Below, one piece after another: positions 14,195 to 25,320 of a DNA stretch of 64,000 bases. The stretch comes from Marsupella aquatica (lineage: Eukaryota > Plantae > Marchantiophyta), in contig OZ316894.1 in assembly GCA_973895155.1 (NCBI GenBank), positions 7,898,234-7,962,233 on the forward strand, read 5' to 3'. The first letter of the stretch is position 1. The number at the start of each line of letters is the position of its first letter. Position numbers and translations under genes: made by a program. The notes beneath the pieces were generated by a model. It made no database searches, was not told where the DNA came from, and was given only the letters and a program-made list of their open reading frames with translations.

Positions 14195-14740
14195 TCAGTC
14201 TTGTCCATAGCCTTCCTTTAACCATACTTCATGACCAGCACCTACGTCTACTCTTACCCGTTCTACACCGGCATCCTGAAAGCCAACTTTTAGACGGCTG
14301 TGCATTTCTGGGCATTGCCTGATCTTCTCCAAATCATTTATCGGGAGATATGCTGCTTGTCCTTCTTGCATGCTGGTGACGTAGCTCAAGATACCCTCAA
14401 GAATTTCAGAGGTACTGTTGATTAGAGCAACAGGACAACTTTCTGCCAAAAGTTCTTGACGAAGAAATTCAACAAGCTTCAGGAAGCGTCCGTCAGATTG
14501 ACTATTAGGCCTACACACGTCAAAATGGTTACATTGAACGCTATAGAACTCATCAATATCATAACGTCCTGATCCTTCTGTTACTACGTGAGAAGGACGC
14601 TTCCGATCCTGCATATGAAATTGCAAAGGAAATCCTGTCAGAATAGAAAAATAGACCCAAGTCAATTGCCTACGTATGGACTGCATAACTTACGCAGATC
14701 TCAAGATTTTAGACATGGTGAAGTATTTTATACGCACCAC
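14195..14740 (-). pseudogene. 3' part (intron plus last exon 14608-14195) of the alpha/beta-hydrolase gene split by the 14.9-kb transposon
   Basis: Donor GTGCGT at 14737, acceptor ATGCAG|14608. The exon DRKRPSHVVTEGSGRYDIDEFYSVQCNHFDVCRP aligns with the paralog exon at 51338 (GFNEIVVQEASARHDVLEFYTFQTANHFTVCKA). Confidence 0.85.
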
Positions 14741-14762
14741 ATCACTATATTCATTAAAACTG
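14741..14762 (+). repeat. Left terminal inverted repeat of the giant transposon
   Basis: ATCACTATATTCATTAAAACTG; the match continues imperfectly for about 12 more bp. Confidence 0.92.
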
Positions 14763-15192
14763 TACTTTTAAAAGTCCATAAGATGAACCCTAAAGTTATT
14801 TTTTTTCAGGCCAAATTTCTATTAAAGCATTCCCAAAAGCTAATTTTTTCAGCCCAAATATACACTTTTGAACTCCCAAAATTTTGTTTTTTTTCACCCA
14901 AATATTTAATAATAACTTAAATCATATATTCTAATTAATTTAAGAGTAAATTTAATTTAGTCCAAAAATCAGAGGCCAATATCACTAAGACCATCTATAA
15001 ATTAAAAAATATAGATGGTCATAAATCAAGGGTCAAAATGAGATTGACCCACTATATAATTATTAAATTGTCCAGTCCAGTGAGAGAGCCTCACACTAAG
15101 CATATCCTAATTATTTACTTTATCCTACATGTTCAAAACATATCCTTTGACATAATATGAATGTACAATTCAGGGTAGGCACTAGAGCAACC

Positions 15193-16245
15193 CTATCTCC
15201 TAATGATCAAGACAAAACTCATTTGAACAATAAAGTCTGCTTCCTGATTTATCATAGCGGATGTCACGCAAATATCTCTCGCATGGTGGTTCTTAAACTT
15301 ATTGGTGAGATCCCTAGTTCTGAGAACTTTCCAAATAAAATGCCTTCTATTTTGTGTATGAGGACCAGAATAGTTGTCTCCAAGTATTACGTTTGTAGTT
15401 TCTTCGATCTCATCCGTGGTCCACGTCTCCAGTGGTGGGTAATGCTGCACCTCGTTCTTTCCGTCCCAAGGAATCTCTTCAGGAGTCACATCCAAGATGG
15501 TTCCAAACTCCTTATGGATACAACGACAATCTCCCAACTTCTGTTCCAAAAGAGCATAGATGGCAACATGATCCTCCTTGCTTGTTAATAAATTGAAAAC
15601 ATACCACTTTGGATTGTTGACAGTGATATAATGTTGAACGCAGTAAGCCTTTCTCAATTTGCAAAGATACGGCCATAATATCTCGGGCAAAAAAGTGTCA
15701 TTTGAAGCTGTGTGAGTAAATGGATTTGGAAACAATCCATTCACGTCATAATTCAAAAATGCCTTCAATGGAGAATCATCAATAAGAACTGTATTAGAAG
15801 CATCATATTTTTCTGGAAAACGGTCCCAAATGGTTTGCAAATTCTTCAGAAGTAAATTGGCCTTCCCATCTGTTATATCTGGCCTTTGGATGCAACTATC
15901 AAAGGTATCTTTTTGAGTAAAGACAAACTTGAACTTCTGTCGCTCCTCCTCAGTGAAAATCAACTCCATTAAGTCCATTGTTTTTGGCCTCCTTGCACAG
16001 GTCCAAATTGCGACGTCAAAAACCATGAAAGCTGCATATAGAAATTCGTGGAGGTATGGGCGGTCCACATACATGAAATTAAACCCTCCACGTCTCCCCC
16101 AGTGCACACCACGTAAACTTGTCTGATTTCGCCATGGTCCTGAGCTTCTGGTCTTAATGCAATCCCAACAAATCTTGTTAAGGTCAAGAACCAAGAGCTT
16201 TCGCCGGATCGGAGAGTGTAGTATTGGAGTGAATTCTGGAAACAT
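15193..16245 (-). CDS. FCP1/SCP (NIF, HAD-superfamily) phosphatase-like domain carried by the transposon; probably the terminal exon of the ParB-MTase cargo gene
   Basis: KLLVLDLN (DxDxT position, DLN variant), RPYLHEFL, FDVAIWT, LLKNLQTIWD, NTVLIDDSPLKA. A splice acceptor GACTAA...TTTCCAG|16235 sits in phase 1 with the ORF. Confidence 0.8.
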   Translation of the reverse strand: MFPEFTPILHSPIRRKLLVLDLNKICWDCIKTRSSGPWRNQTSLRGVHWGRRGGFNFMYVDRPYLHEFLYAAFMVFDVAIWTCARRPKTMDLMELIFTEEERQKFKFVFTQKDTFDSCIQRPDITDGKANLLLKNLQTIWDRFPEKYDASNTVLIDDSPLKAFLNYDVNGLFPNPFTHTASNDTFLPEILWPYLCKLRKAYCVQHYITVNNPKWYVFNLLTSKEDHVAIYALLEQKLGDCRCIHKEFGTILDVTPEEIPWDGKNEVQHYPPLETWTTDEIEETTNVILGDNYSGPHTQNRRHFIWKVLRTRDLTNKFKNHHARDICVTSAMINQEADFIVQMSFVLIIRR

Positions 16246-18958
16246 TAAAATAAGCCCTTAGTCAATGCGACTCAAAGTTTAAACAATTACTACGGAGGAA
16301 AACTCTCAAAATTTGAAATCAAACAAACTTTGTTATAGCATTTGAAGTAGAGAGGAACGACCCTGGGGCGACCCTCCTAGAAAAACATTAATTACATTCA
16401 CTTGCCATTTTTTAGATCCAAAGTATACCTGGGTCAAACCCTTCCTCCACAGCAACGCTTTCCGAGGGAATGCCAACAAAATCCTTTGAGGAAGGAGATT
16501 CTACGATGGAACTTTGGTCTGTAAAAAAGTATATTATTACAAAGATAAAGCTTAGATTGTCATTAAAATACCAAGAACCAAAGAAAGGGCTAATAATTTC
16601 CAATGCTAAAATGCCCCAATTCATCTATTGTTTGATCACCTAGAACACTCTGTATCTCGGAATTGATACCACTGGGAAGTTGCTCTTCAAAGGATGGGGG
16701 TGCAAAAACTGGGCTCAGTCTCAAGTTCAGTTTTTTGTAATCTAATTTTGCCATTATCTTTGGAGCATCGTCTAGTGATTCTATCATTCCAACCTTTGGT
16801 CCATTTCTCCATATAAAATGAGTTGCAGGACGGACTGTTTTCATATATCCAGTCCTGCCGATCTCGGATCCAGAATTTTGTGAAAATGATAATACTACGG
16901 GGCTTCCTGTAGAAGTACTTGTAAAAACCAATTTAGTCTCTGATGAGCAATATAGAGGAGACAAGGGAGGATTTGAAGCACCTGCCTTCTCTTCTTCATT
17001 TGCAGCGGTCTCAGGTACTTGACGATCATCCTCCTTTGCAAGCGCAATGTCTGACATTTCTCCCAATTCTACTGCGTCAATATTGCCTAGACCATCTGCG
17101 GTTGCCTTCCAATGTGCGTCCGATGTGGACGATGTAAGATCTGGGTCCGATTGGTGCATCCAATTCTCTACACCGGCAAAGGGATTTCTTGGTGGGTCGC
17201 CCTCAGGTCGACCCACAACATCGGCCAACCCCACACCAAAGTAGGGAATACCTACCACTTGTGTTCCACGTTCATCCAAATTTCGGGTGACCTTGTCGTC
17301 TGTGTCGTGACCCAATTCTCCTTCCTCAATATCATCTTCGCCCTGGTCTACGCCTTCTTTGGCACCAACATGCTCGGAAACCCCATCGCGGGCTCTATCA
17401 AATTTGGAACCGCCCATCCGGTCACTCATTATGGAAGGAACTTTCTCGCAGAGAACCCTTCCATATGCCTGAGTGAAATCATATTCATCCTCAGTGTCTG
17501 GATACGCAAAGCATTCTCTGAAACACAACAATGACACCTTCATAACCTGTCCTCCCGAGAAAAAGTCAAGTATAGTCTCCCCTTTAGCCGAAAAAAATTC
17601 AATAATACTCTGCAGCATACATTTTGGCTTTAAATCGTGAATATTCACAAAGCCACCTCTACTTCCCACCATCTCAAACATGGGAGCCTTTCGTAAGAAA
17701 TCTCCAATGTGAAATGCCGAAGTTGACTCAGTCTCTGTCTCCTTACTTGTCTTACTCTTATTCTTATCTCGCTTCTCCGTCTTGTCTTCCACTTGGAAAT
17801 CAGGGTCGATCATTGAATTGTAAGAGAATTGGCAATTAAATCCAGGCCTGAACACTTGCTTCCAATCAAATTTCTCCTCAGTGGTGATTCCTGCAAAGAT
17901 TATCTCCTCCATACCACAACTGAAAAGTAAGCCCTCTAGAACTGGTGTATCACTCCGTCGATAGCTCCCGTAGTCAACGTGGATGTCCATTCCCTTTTCA
18001 TGTTGCAATTTCCTAAGGGCACTCAAAATGTTTGCAGCAAGTGGCCCCGGATGCACAGTCATGACAACAACAATTGTTGGATTTCTTGGAAGATCCACAA
18101 TGTATTGCAGTAATGCAATAATTTCAGCATCGGTCCAAACATGTTGTCGGAGCCTACTGAAGTCAACAATGGCAAGAGGACACAAAGGCGAAGGCTCTTG
18201 TAGCATTTCCGGCACGGTCGTCTTCATCAAATTATCACTAAAAAATGTCAAGAAAGGCTCCGTGCAAGAACGACCAATCCCACCAAATTCTTTACAATAC
18301 AACCCATCTAGTCTGACCATCAGACTTTGTGGGAAACTCTCATTGACCACATTCTTCTTCAATGAATTGTTGAGGTAAACCTCACCCGCTGCTCTCCTCA
18401 ATTTTGTCATCTCAAGCTCAGATTTCAAGGAAGGCAACAATATCACCAGAGACTCCCAAGATGTGCCAACAGGAAACTTCTCACGATACTTTTCCACGAA
18501 ATAGCCAATAATGACAATTCTCAATTTGGACATTATCTTGATTGTAAGGGCCAAGTCTCCCATTGCAACAAGCTCTGATTTGTTGGTGATATCCTTCTTC
18601 AGCAAGACACGCTCCTCTTCAACGTCCTTCAAGATCTCAATTATCTGTTTGCTACTAATCTCTCCTTCAAAGCATCGAAAGGTACCGGGAGTGATCAATT
18701 TTGGGGGTCTTGGCCCTCCATACCCACCACCCCCGTCTTGGAGCTTCCCACTCAACCATTTTGCACACACGTTCTGCCATAATTCAAAGAGCTCATCTTC
18801 GGAAAAAAGTAACCAATAAATGCTCTTTAGGCTTGACTTCCCCATTGTAACCTTTGCCAGGGCAAACCAATCTTGCACATCCAATGGACTTGACATTAGT
18901 TTCAGGGTACAATGCATATGTTAGAAAATTTATACCTATGTTTGAAATAGGCTAAGCC

Positions 18959-19138
18959 GCCTCGCCCCAAGGGCGTGGCGAACCTCTACATCTAACCGCA
19001 ATTGACTGAAACGGAACTAGGGAATTATTCTTAGAGAGACTAGTCTAGGTTGCCTCGCCTTGAGGGCGAGGCAAACATTTGCTTTAATCTTCTAACCAAG
19101 GAAAACAAGAAAAGGCAGCCTCGCCCTTGGGGCGAGGC
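18959..19138. repeat. Three copies of the 21-bp palindrome GCCTCGCCC-N3-GGGCGAGGC inside the cargo-gene intron
   Basis: Copies at 18959, 19052 and 19118, with 0-1 mismatches. Confidence 0.85.
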
Positions 19139-19834
19139 AAACCTCTACCATTGACAATCTTTAAACAAAGCGGATCAAGAATAGTTTGCGTTGATCCAAC
19201 ATGTACCTGATAGTTTTTCCTGTCTGTATTTTGATTGGTCCCAATCCCTGGACGCGGCGGTTTCCCGCACTCCTCAAACTGCCTTCGTGCATGAACAATA
19301 GTCTCTAAAAAACAAGACTTAAATTGCATAGTATCATTGACAACATTCGATAAACTTGAATGCTCAACCAAAATTGTCTTCGAAGTGAGGTCAGATAGGA
19401 TCCTTGCTTTCCTATACTTTAGTTTGTTGGCAAGATCTGTCAGCTTGGCGTCAGTCTCGGCCCACCCTTGGATCCATTGGGCAGCTCTTGCAGAATGCTG
19501 GCCACTGATGGCAAGGAATTGGATCTCATGCTTCTTCACACCAATCAAAAACTCTTTCCTATCCTGAGGTGTGTTGTCATAATGAAGCAACTGTTTAGTG
19601 TTCTCGCGATACGGAATCAAATCAGCAACTTGTGGTTCCTGTCCAGGGTTTTTCATCATAGACTTTGATATCTCCATTGCATGCGAAAGATTGAACATTC
19701 GATATACAAAAACGGCCGATGGCGGATTAATATTTTTTACAGGAATATCAAAAACTTTGCGGATGCCAAAAGTATAATACTGCTCAATATTACGCAAAAC
19801 CTCTTGGCCTTTGAGCACATCATCTTCTTTGGGT

Positions 19835-21090
19835 CCCTGGGCCCTCACTCTTACTATATTAAGTGAACCCCCCTGAGAACAGACACCCCCCGTGTACCCC
19901 TTCTTAATATTTTTGTTCACAAAAAAAAATCCCTTGTTAATGTAAAAACATTATTTGTTCCTATAAAAATTTATCCTTTTGTAAATTATAACAGAGTTTT
20001 TCAAGGAATTAAAAAACCCTTGAATTTTTAAAAATTGTAAATATCATACTGAAACATAAAAGATTCTATTTTGCATAGGGGAATATTATGTTACGCTGAT
20101 GTTCACGGTACATATTTTATATAGATCATAACAAAATTAGTACTAAAGATTAGTTCTTCCTAGAGTATATGACTATAACTTAGGCAACTTGTAGACCTCA
20201 TAGAAATAAACTGAACTAGTACAAAGGCATTATTATGCTATGCATATATCCTTGGAGGAATAATTGCATATATACTACTTATGTAAACTCCAATTGCTAA
20301 ATTATTCTATCTTGACTAAGAATGGTATGACATCAACCATTAACACCAAATGATAAGTAGAGTTTTTGGCAACTTCTTTCATGCAACCTGATACATCAAA
20401 CCACACATTAATCATATATATTCTAGACACAAAGTACTAATATCATCAAATCTCCTTTGGCTGAAATTGTTACTTAGACATGGTGGGTAATTTTCCTGCC
20501 ATCTCTGCAATCAAACAACTGTGAGCACCGGGTACCCCCCCTAACCCAATGATCAAGGAGTACACCACCCCACACACAAACACACCTGGCCTCATACCTG
20601 GCCATTTCATTTGATTTGAGGGAATTTAAAAGTAATCTTGTTTGTCTATGTGGGATTGATTCATGGGTCCCCATCAATCCCAGAACCCCAAACGAGTTGG
20701 GCCCCCAAAATCCTGGCCCAACATTTACTTAACTCCCAACTTAACACATGCGGGTAAACAAGTCTACCATGCAAGCCCATGAAACCAAACTTGCCTTAAG
20801 AGGATAAATAATTAAATGTCTGATTTACTATATGGACATGTGTGCCAATGAAGTGATGACATGTGTGCCAACCATATAGTGACACATGTCCTTGGCATTT
20901 TAGGTACCCTTGCCTAAGATTAATGTGACATGTATTTGATAATAGCCTTATTACTAATATTGTGATGAATGTATATACATGGATGTTGCCTACTTTAAAA
21001 AATATTATAAAAATTAGTTTGCATTACATTAAAAATACCCTTGCGTTGTTCGCACGTCCTCCCTGCATTAGTAACGCTGAGGGCCCAGGG
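19835..21090. mobile_element. Nested non-autonomous TIR element (1,256 bp) with 8-bp TSD, inserted in the cargo ORF
   Basis: TIR CCCTGGGCCCTCA...TGAGGGCCCAGGG (extends imperfectly through TTACTA). TSD CTTTGGGT at 19827-19834 and 21091-21098. The interior is AT-rich and non-coding. Excision restores the host reading frame. Confidence 0.9.
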
Positions 21091-22072
21091 CTTTGGGTCC
21101 TTCTGTCGGACACATATCATCCTCTGGATGCAAGACAAAGTTTGAAGTCGACCCTGACATTGGTTTTGATTTTGCAACCTTTGCCTTCTTTGTTTGCTTT
21201 TTTTGGGGGCCCTCATCATCTTCATTTTTTTTAGCCATCTTCTTACGGCGTGAACTCCCAAATTGTTTCTCTTGTTGAACAACCGGCTCTTGAAGCTTTC
21301 GTTTCTTCTCTGTCTTTGATTGCGCACTTCTTTCCACTGTCTTCTTTCTCTCCTTTGCCTTATGCTTTGCTTCTTTTTTCTTCATCTCTGAAATCCACGT
21401 CCGGCACGCGGCCTCTTGAAACTCTGGACAAAAAATGAAACTCTTGTCGATTGCTTGCTCGTATGAAAAATGTGCCTTCTCAATCATCCTTTGAACTATC
21501 CAAGTAGACGGAGGGTCCACATTGTCCGCATTGTCATGCATGTGCTTCTTTACATAGAAAAATCCAAACACTAGGTCAACTCCACTTATTTGAGAACGCG
21601 TCTTCTCAAACATCTGATCAATTGTTACTCCATCTGGGAAGAATCCCATATTAGCTACGCTTATCTCCAATCAAGCCATCCACTCAACATTCAGTAAAGT
21701 CGAGTAGAGTTTTATTGGCACCAGAAGTCTCATCCACTGAGATTTCTCATTGGACTCAACAATAATCGTTGCATTGCGGTTGTTGTCCGTGTTCACAAGG
21801 ACGACTGGACCTAGAGTAACAATTGTCTTGCGGTCATTCAATTGACTCGTGAGGCCCTTGAAACAAATCAAGAGACTGCCTTCCGCCGACACCCCAACTT
21901 CTAGTGCCCATCTAAATCCTGGAGTATCTTGGTCAGGGAAAACAAAGTCCTTGATATCCTCATCCATAATATTTAACTCCGGCTTCTCAAGATTTTTTCC
22001 TGGTAAGAAACATTGAAAACAAAATGGTCAGCATCATATTTTTAACATTGACATGTGGAAAACTTTCAAGGT

Positions 22073-23050
22073 GCCTCGCCCTTGGGGCGAGGCGACAAAT
22101 AGAAGATTGCAAAATCTTCTTTGCTCCTAGTGCAATTAGCCCTGCCACCTCATCCAAGCAATCAAACATTATTTAGGAATGCAGACGACATCGCCTCGCC
22201 CCAAGGGCGAGGCAACTTCTGGGAAAGCAAACAACATTTAGGAATGCAGAGGACATCGCCTCGCCCCAAGGGCAAGGCAGCTTCTGGGAAAGCAGACAAC
22301 ATTTAGGAATGTAGAGGACATCGCCTCGCCCCAAGGGCGAGGCAACTTCTGGGAATGCAGACAACATTTAGGAATGCAGATAACATCGCCTCGCCCCAAG
22401 GGCGAGGCAACTTCTGGGAATGCAGACGACATCGCCTCGCCCCAAGAGCGAGGCAAAAAATAGAATATAGCTAAAGATCCTTTATTAATGTAAGATACAA
22501 GGTCCAATACGCCTTTGGAGCAACAAGAAATCTAGAATGAAGTAGACATTGCCTCGACCTTGGGGCGAGGCGACTGCAAAGGAATATAGAAATTTTCCTA
22601 ATAAGATGTTTGAAATCCAAATTAAAGTAAAGTTGCCTCGCCCTTAGGGTGAGGCAAGAAGTTGAAGCAGGTGGTGCCTTACGTGGAAAAGTTAACTGGG
22701 CTTTCTCTGACGCCTCCAACGCATTGTTAACCAATTTTTGGACATCCGGGTCTTCAAGGTAATATTCATACAGAGAGTTATAATTGAAGTTCAATGACTC
22801 TTGAGAACTGGCGGAGGTGGTGGAAGCTTCAAAACTGGAGGAAGTAGACATTGTAAGGGGCGAGTGAGATTTAAGATGACACATGGCAGCAATGGAGAAT
22901 GCCATAGGCTGCAAGAGGGCACTAACAGGCAAACAATGATTGAGGGAGCGACCCAAAAGGGAAGGGAGCAAGGCGGAAATAAAAGCCTTAGAGCGAGGCG
23001 GAAAAAAAATCCCAAGAGCGAGGCAAAAACAAAAGCCCTAGAGCGAGGCA
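22073..23050. repeat. Array of the GCCTCGCCC-N3-GGGCGAGGC palindrome, including a 65-bp tandem repeat (22171-~22455), upstream of the cargo gene
   Basis: ATTTAGGAAT recurs at 22171, 22236, 22301, 22366. Palindrome copies at ~22073, 22193, 22258, 22323, 22388, 22434, 22551, 22635; half-sites at ~22985-23050. Confidence 0.88.
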
Positions 23051-24152
23051 AGAGGGAGGCAAGGAGTGAGGAGACAAGAGAGGAGGCAAGAGGGAGGCAA
23101 GGAAATGAGGCCTCAAGCGCAAGGCTTGCCTTCCTATACCCCCTGCGAGCGAGGAGTCCGAGGAGGCAAGGATCCGAGAGGGTACGGAGGCATCAATGCG
23201 CGCCAATGATGGAGACCCTCCTCGCTGCATGTGATCGTGAGTCACCGATGGTGTGACCACTCATGACCACTCACGACTCACCTACCGATTTTAAACTTCC
23301 GAGCTGTCAGCGGTGTGTGCTTGCAACTCACCTATCACTCGTGAGTGATTGGCTGACACCCTATCCGATGTCTACTTGTGTGCTGGGTGCGTGCCTCATC
23401 CACCCGTGCCCGATCTGTTGGTGTCCACTCGTGTGCTGGGTAATGTGTGGGCTTTTTGCCTCGGGGGGTCACTATATGAAGGGTCATACATCACGTGCGA
23501 CGGTTTGGGTCATTTATGATCCCCCTAAGTCACTTTCTAGAAAGTTATATGGCACCAATCATGTGATGACACGTATGCATTTTGCAATTAAACAACCCTA
23601 TATTTCCATAGAAGACTTAATAAGTCTTCCGCCAAAACCATTTAAATGGCCCTATACTTCGTCGCACATGATATGCCACTTCCATGGAAGTGACCCCCCC
23701 GAGTTTTTTGCCTCTCAAACTGAGTATAGACCTCCCACAATCCATTTTTTGGTTCATTGTCATTTAGACAGTGATTGGTACGATCACTGACTCTCCTCTG
23801 TCCGAGTGCCTTGTTTAGGTCCGCATGGTTGAATGCAAGGTTTAGTAAGGGCACTGGTGAGCACTGTGGTGCTAAGAGTTACAATGCTGGCATCCAAGGT
23901 ACCCATTTAGCTTGTACAAGGGTGGGCAGAGATATATTGCGGAGCAGGTTAGTGATTTTATTTATTTATCTTAGAAGTACTAGCTCAACTACATTTAATT
24001 CAATACCTTTAAGCCAAACCTAGATTAAGATTTACACATTAGGTTCTAGATCATATATTTTACTCATTTCTAGACCTTTATCCACAGTCTAGCATGTGTA
24101 GAACTTACTGTACCCCTTTATGTGATTACTAACATAGTTTCTAGAAGTGGGT

Positions 24153-25320
24153 CGGAATTATTTCATGCCGACCTGACTATGTCATCTTAACTAGCATTTT
24201 AAACTGGTATATAAAAGCATAAGCAAGATAGTTTCACAAATAGTTTTGACATAATTTCAACTTAATAGTTGGAGTAGGGTCTAAATAATTCCGACCCAAC
24301 TTGTCAATGTTTAGTCAATTAAATCATTTTAAGACATATTGTTGGAGGAGGGTCAAAATAATTCCGACCCGACTTGTAAATGTTTAGTCAATTCAATCAT
24401 TTTAAGACATATTGTTGGAGGAGGGTCGAAATAATTCCGACCCAACTTGTAAATGTTTAGTCAATTCATTTGAAGGCATATTGTTGGAGGAGGGTCAAAA
24501 TAATTCTGACCCGACTTGTAAATGTTTAGTCAATTCAATCATTTTTAGACATAATGTTGGAGGAGGGTCGAAATAATTCTGACCCGACTTGAATGTATTT
24601 AGGGTTTTGAGTGATTTTACAATATTTTTTGGAGGAGAGTCCAGATTTTGAAACATGATTGTAACATGGGGAACTTAACAATTTCTAACTTTATTTGAAT
24701 ACAAATAGTCCGCTATCATGATCAATTTTACACGAGCGGAATTATTTCATGCCGACCTGACTATGTCATCTTAACTAGCATTTTAAACTGGTATATAAAA
24801 GCATAAGCAAGATAGTTTCACAAATAGTTTTGACATAATTTCAACTTAATAGTTGGAGTAGGGTCTAAATAATTCCGACCCAACTTGTCAATGTTTAGTC
24901 AATTAAATCATTTTAAGACATATTGTTGGAGGAGGGTCAAAATAATTCCGACCCGACTTGTAAATGTTTAGTCAATTCAATCATTTTAAGACATATTGTT
25001 GGAGGAGGGTCGAAATAATTCCGACCCAACTTGTAAATGTTTAGTCAATTCATTTGAAGGCATATTGTTGGAGGAGGGTCAAAATAATTCTGACCCGACT
25101 TGTAAATGTTTAGTCAATTCAATCATTTTTAGACATAATGTTGGAGGAGGGTCGAAATAATTCTGACCCGACTTGAATGTATTTAGGGTTTTGAGTGATT
25201 TTACAATATTTTTTGGAGGAGAGTCCAGATTTTGAAACATGATTGTAACATGGGGAACTTAACAATTTCTAACTTTATTTGAATACAAATAGTCCGCTAT
25301 CATGATCAATTTTACACGAG
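24153..25320. repeat. Tandem 584-bp duplication (apparently identical copies), each containing ~5 units of a ~73-bp repeat with the palindrome GGGTCGAAATAATTCCGACCC
   Basis: 24153-24736 matches 24737-25320, both ending ATGATCAATTTTACACGAG (the transposase start). GTTGGAG recurs at 24268, 24341, 24414. Confidence 0.9.

Larger units (their letters stand above)
16590..21967 (-). pseudogene. Transposon cargo gene: N-terminal domain, Lys-rich linker, ParB/Srx-like domain, and degenerate N6A/N4C DNA methyltransferase-like domain
   Basis: ATG at 21967; in-frame TGA at 21673-21671. Removing nested element 19835-21090 restores ...MCPTEGPK|EDDVLKGQ... ParB-like FLAISGQHSARAA is present. Intron starts at 19206 (CAG|GTACAT). 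The MTase-like C-terminal motif is LKPKCMLQSIIEFFSAKGETILDFFSGG...RECFAY; the DPPY position reads AIVDFSR. Confidence 0.72.

Noticed and set aside
19835-19920. N-terminus (MNKNIKKG...) of the listed 278-aa ORF
   Set aside because: It derives from the nested element; the true frame continues at 21091.
22171-22455. CRISPR-like array of palindromic repeats
   Set aside because: The intervening sequences are near-identical rather than unique spacers, there are no cas genes, and the context is eukaryotic.
24268-25175. CRISPR-like ~73-bp periodic palindromes
   Set aside because: Whole units are repeated, so this is a tandem repeat.
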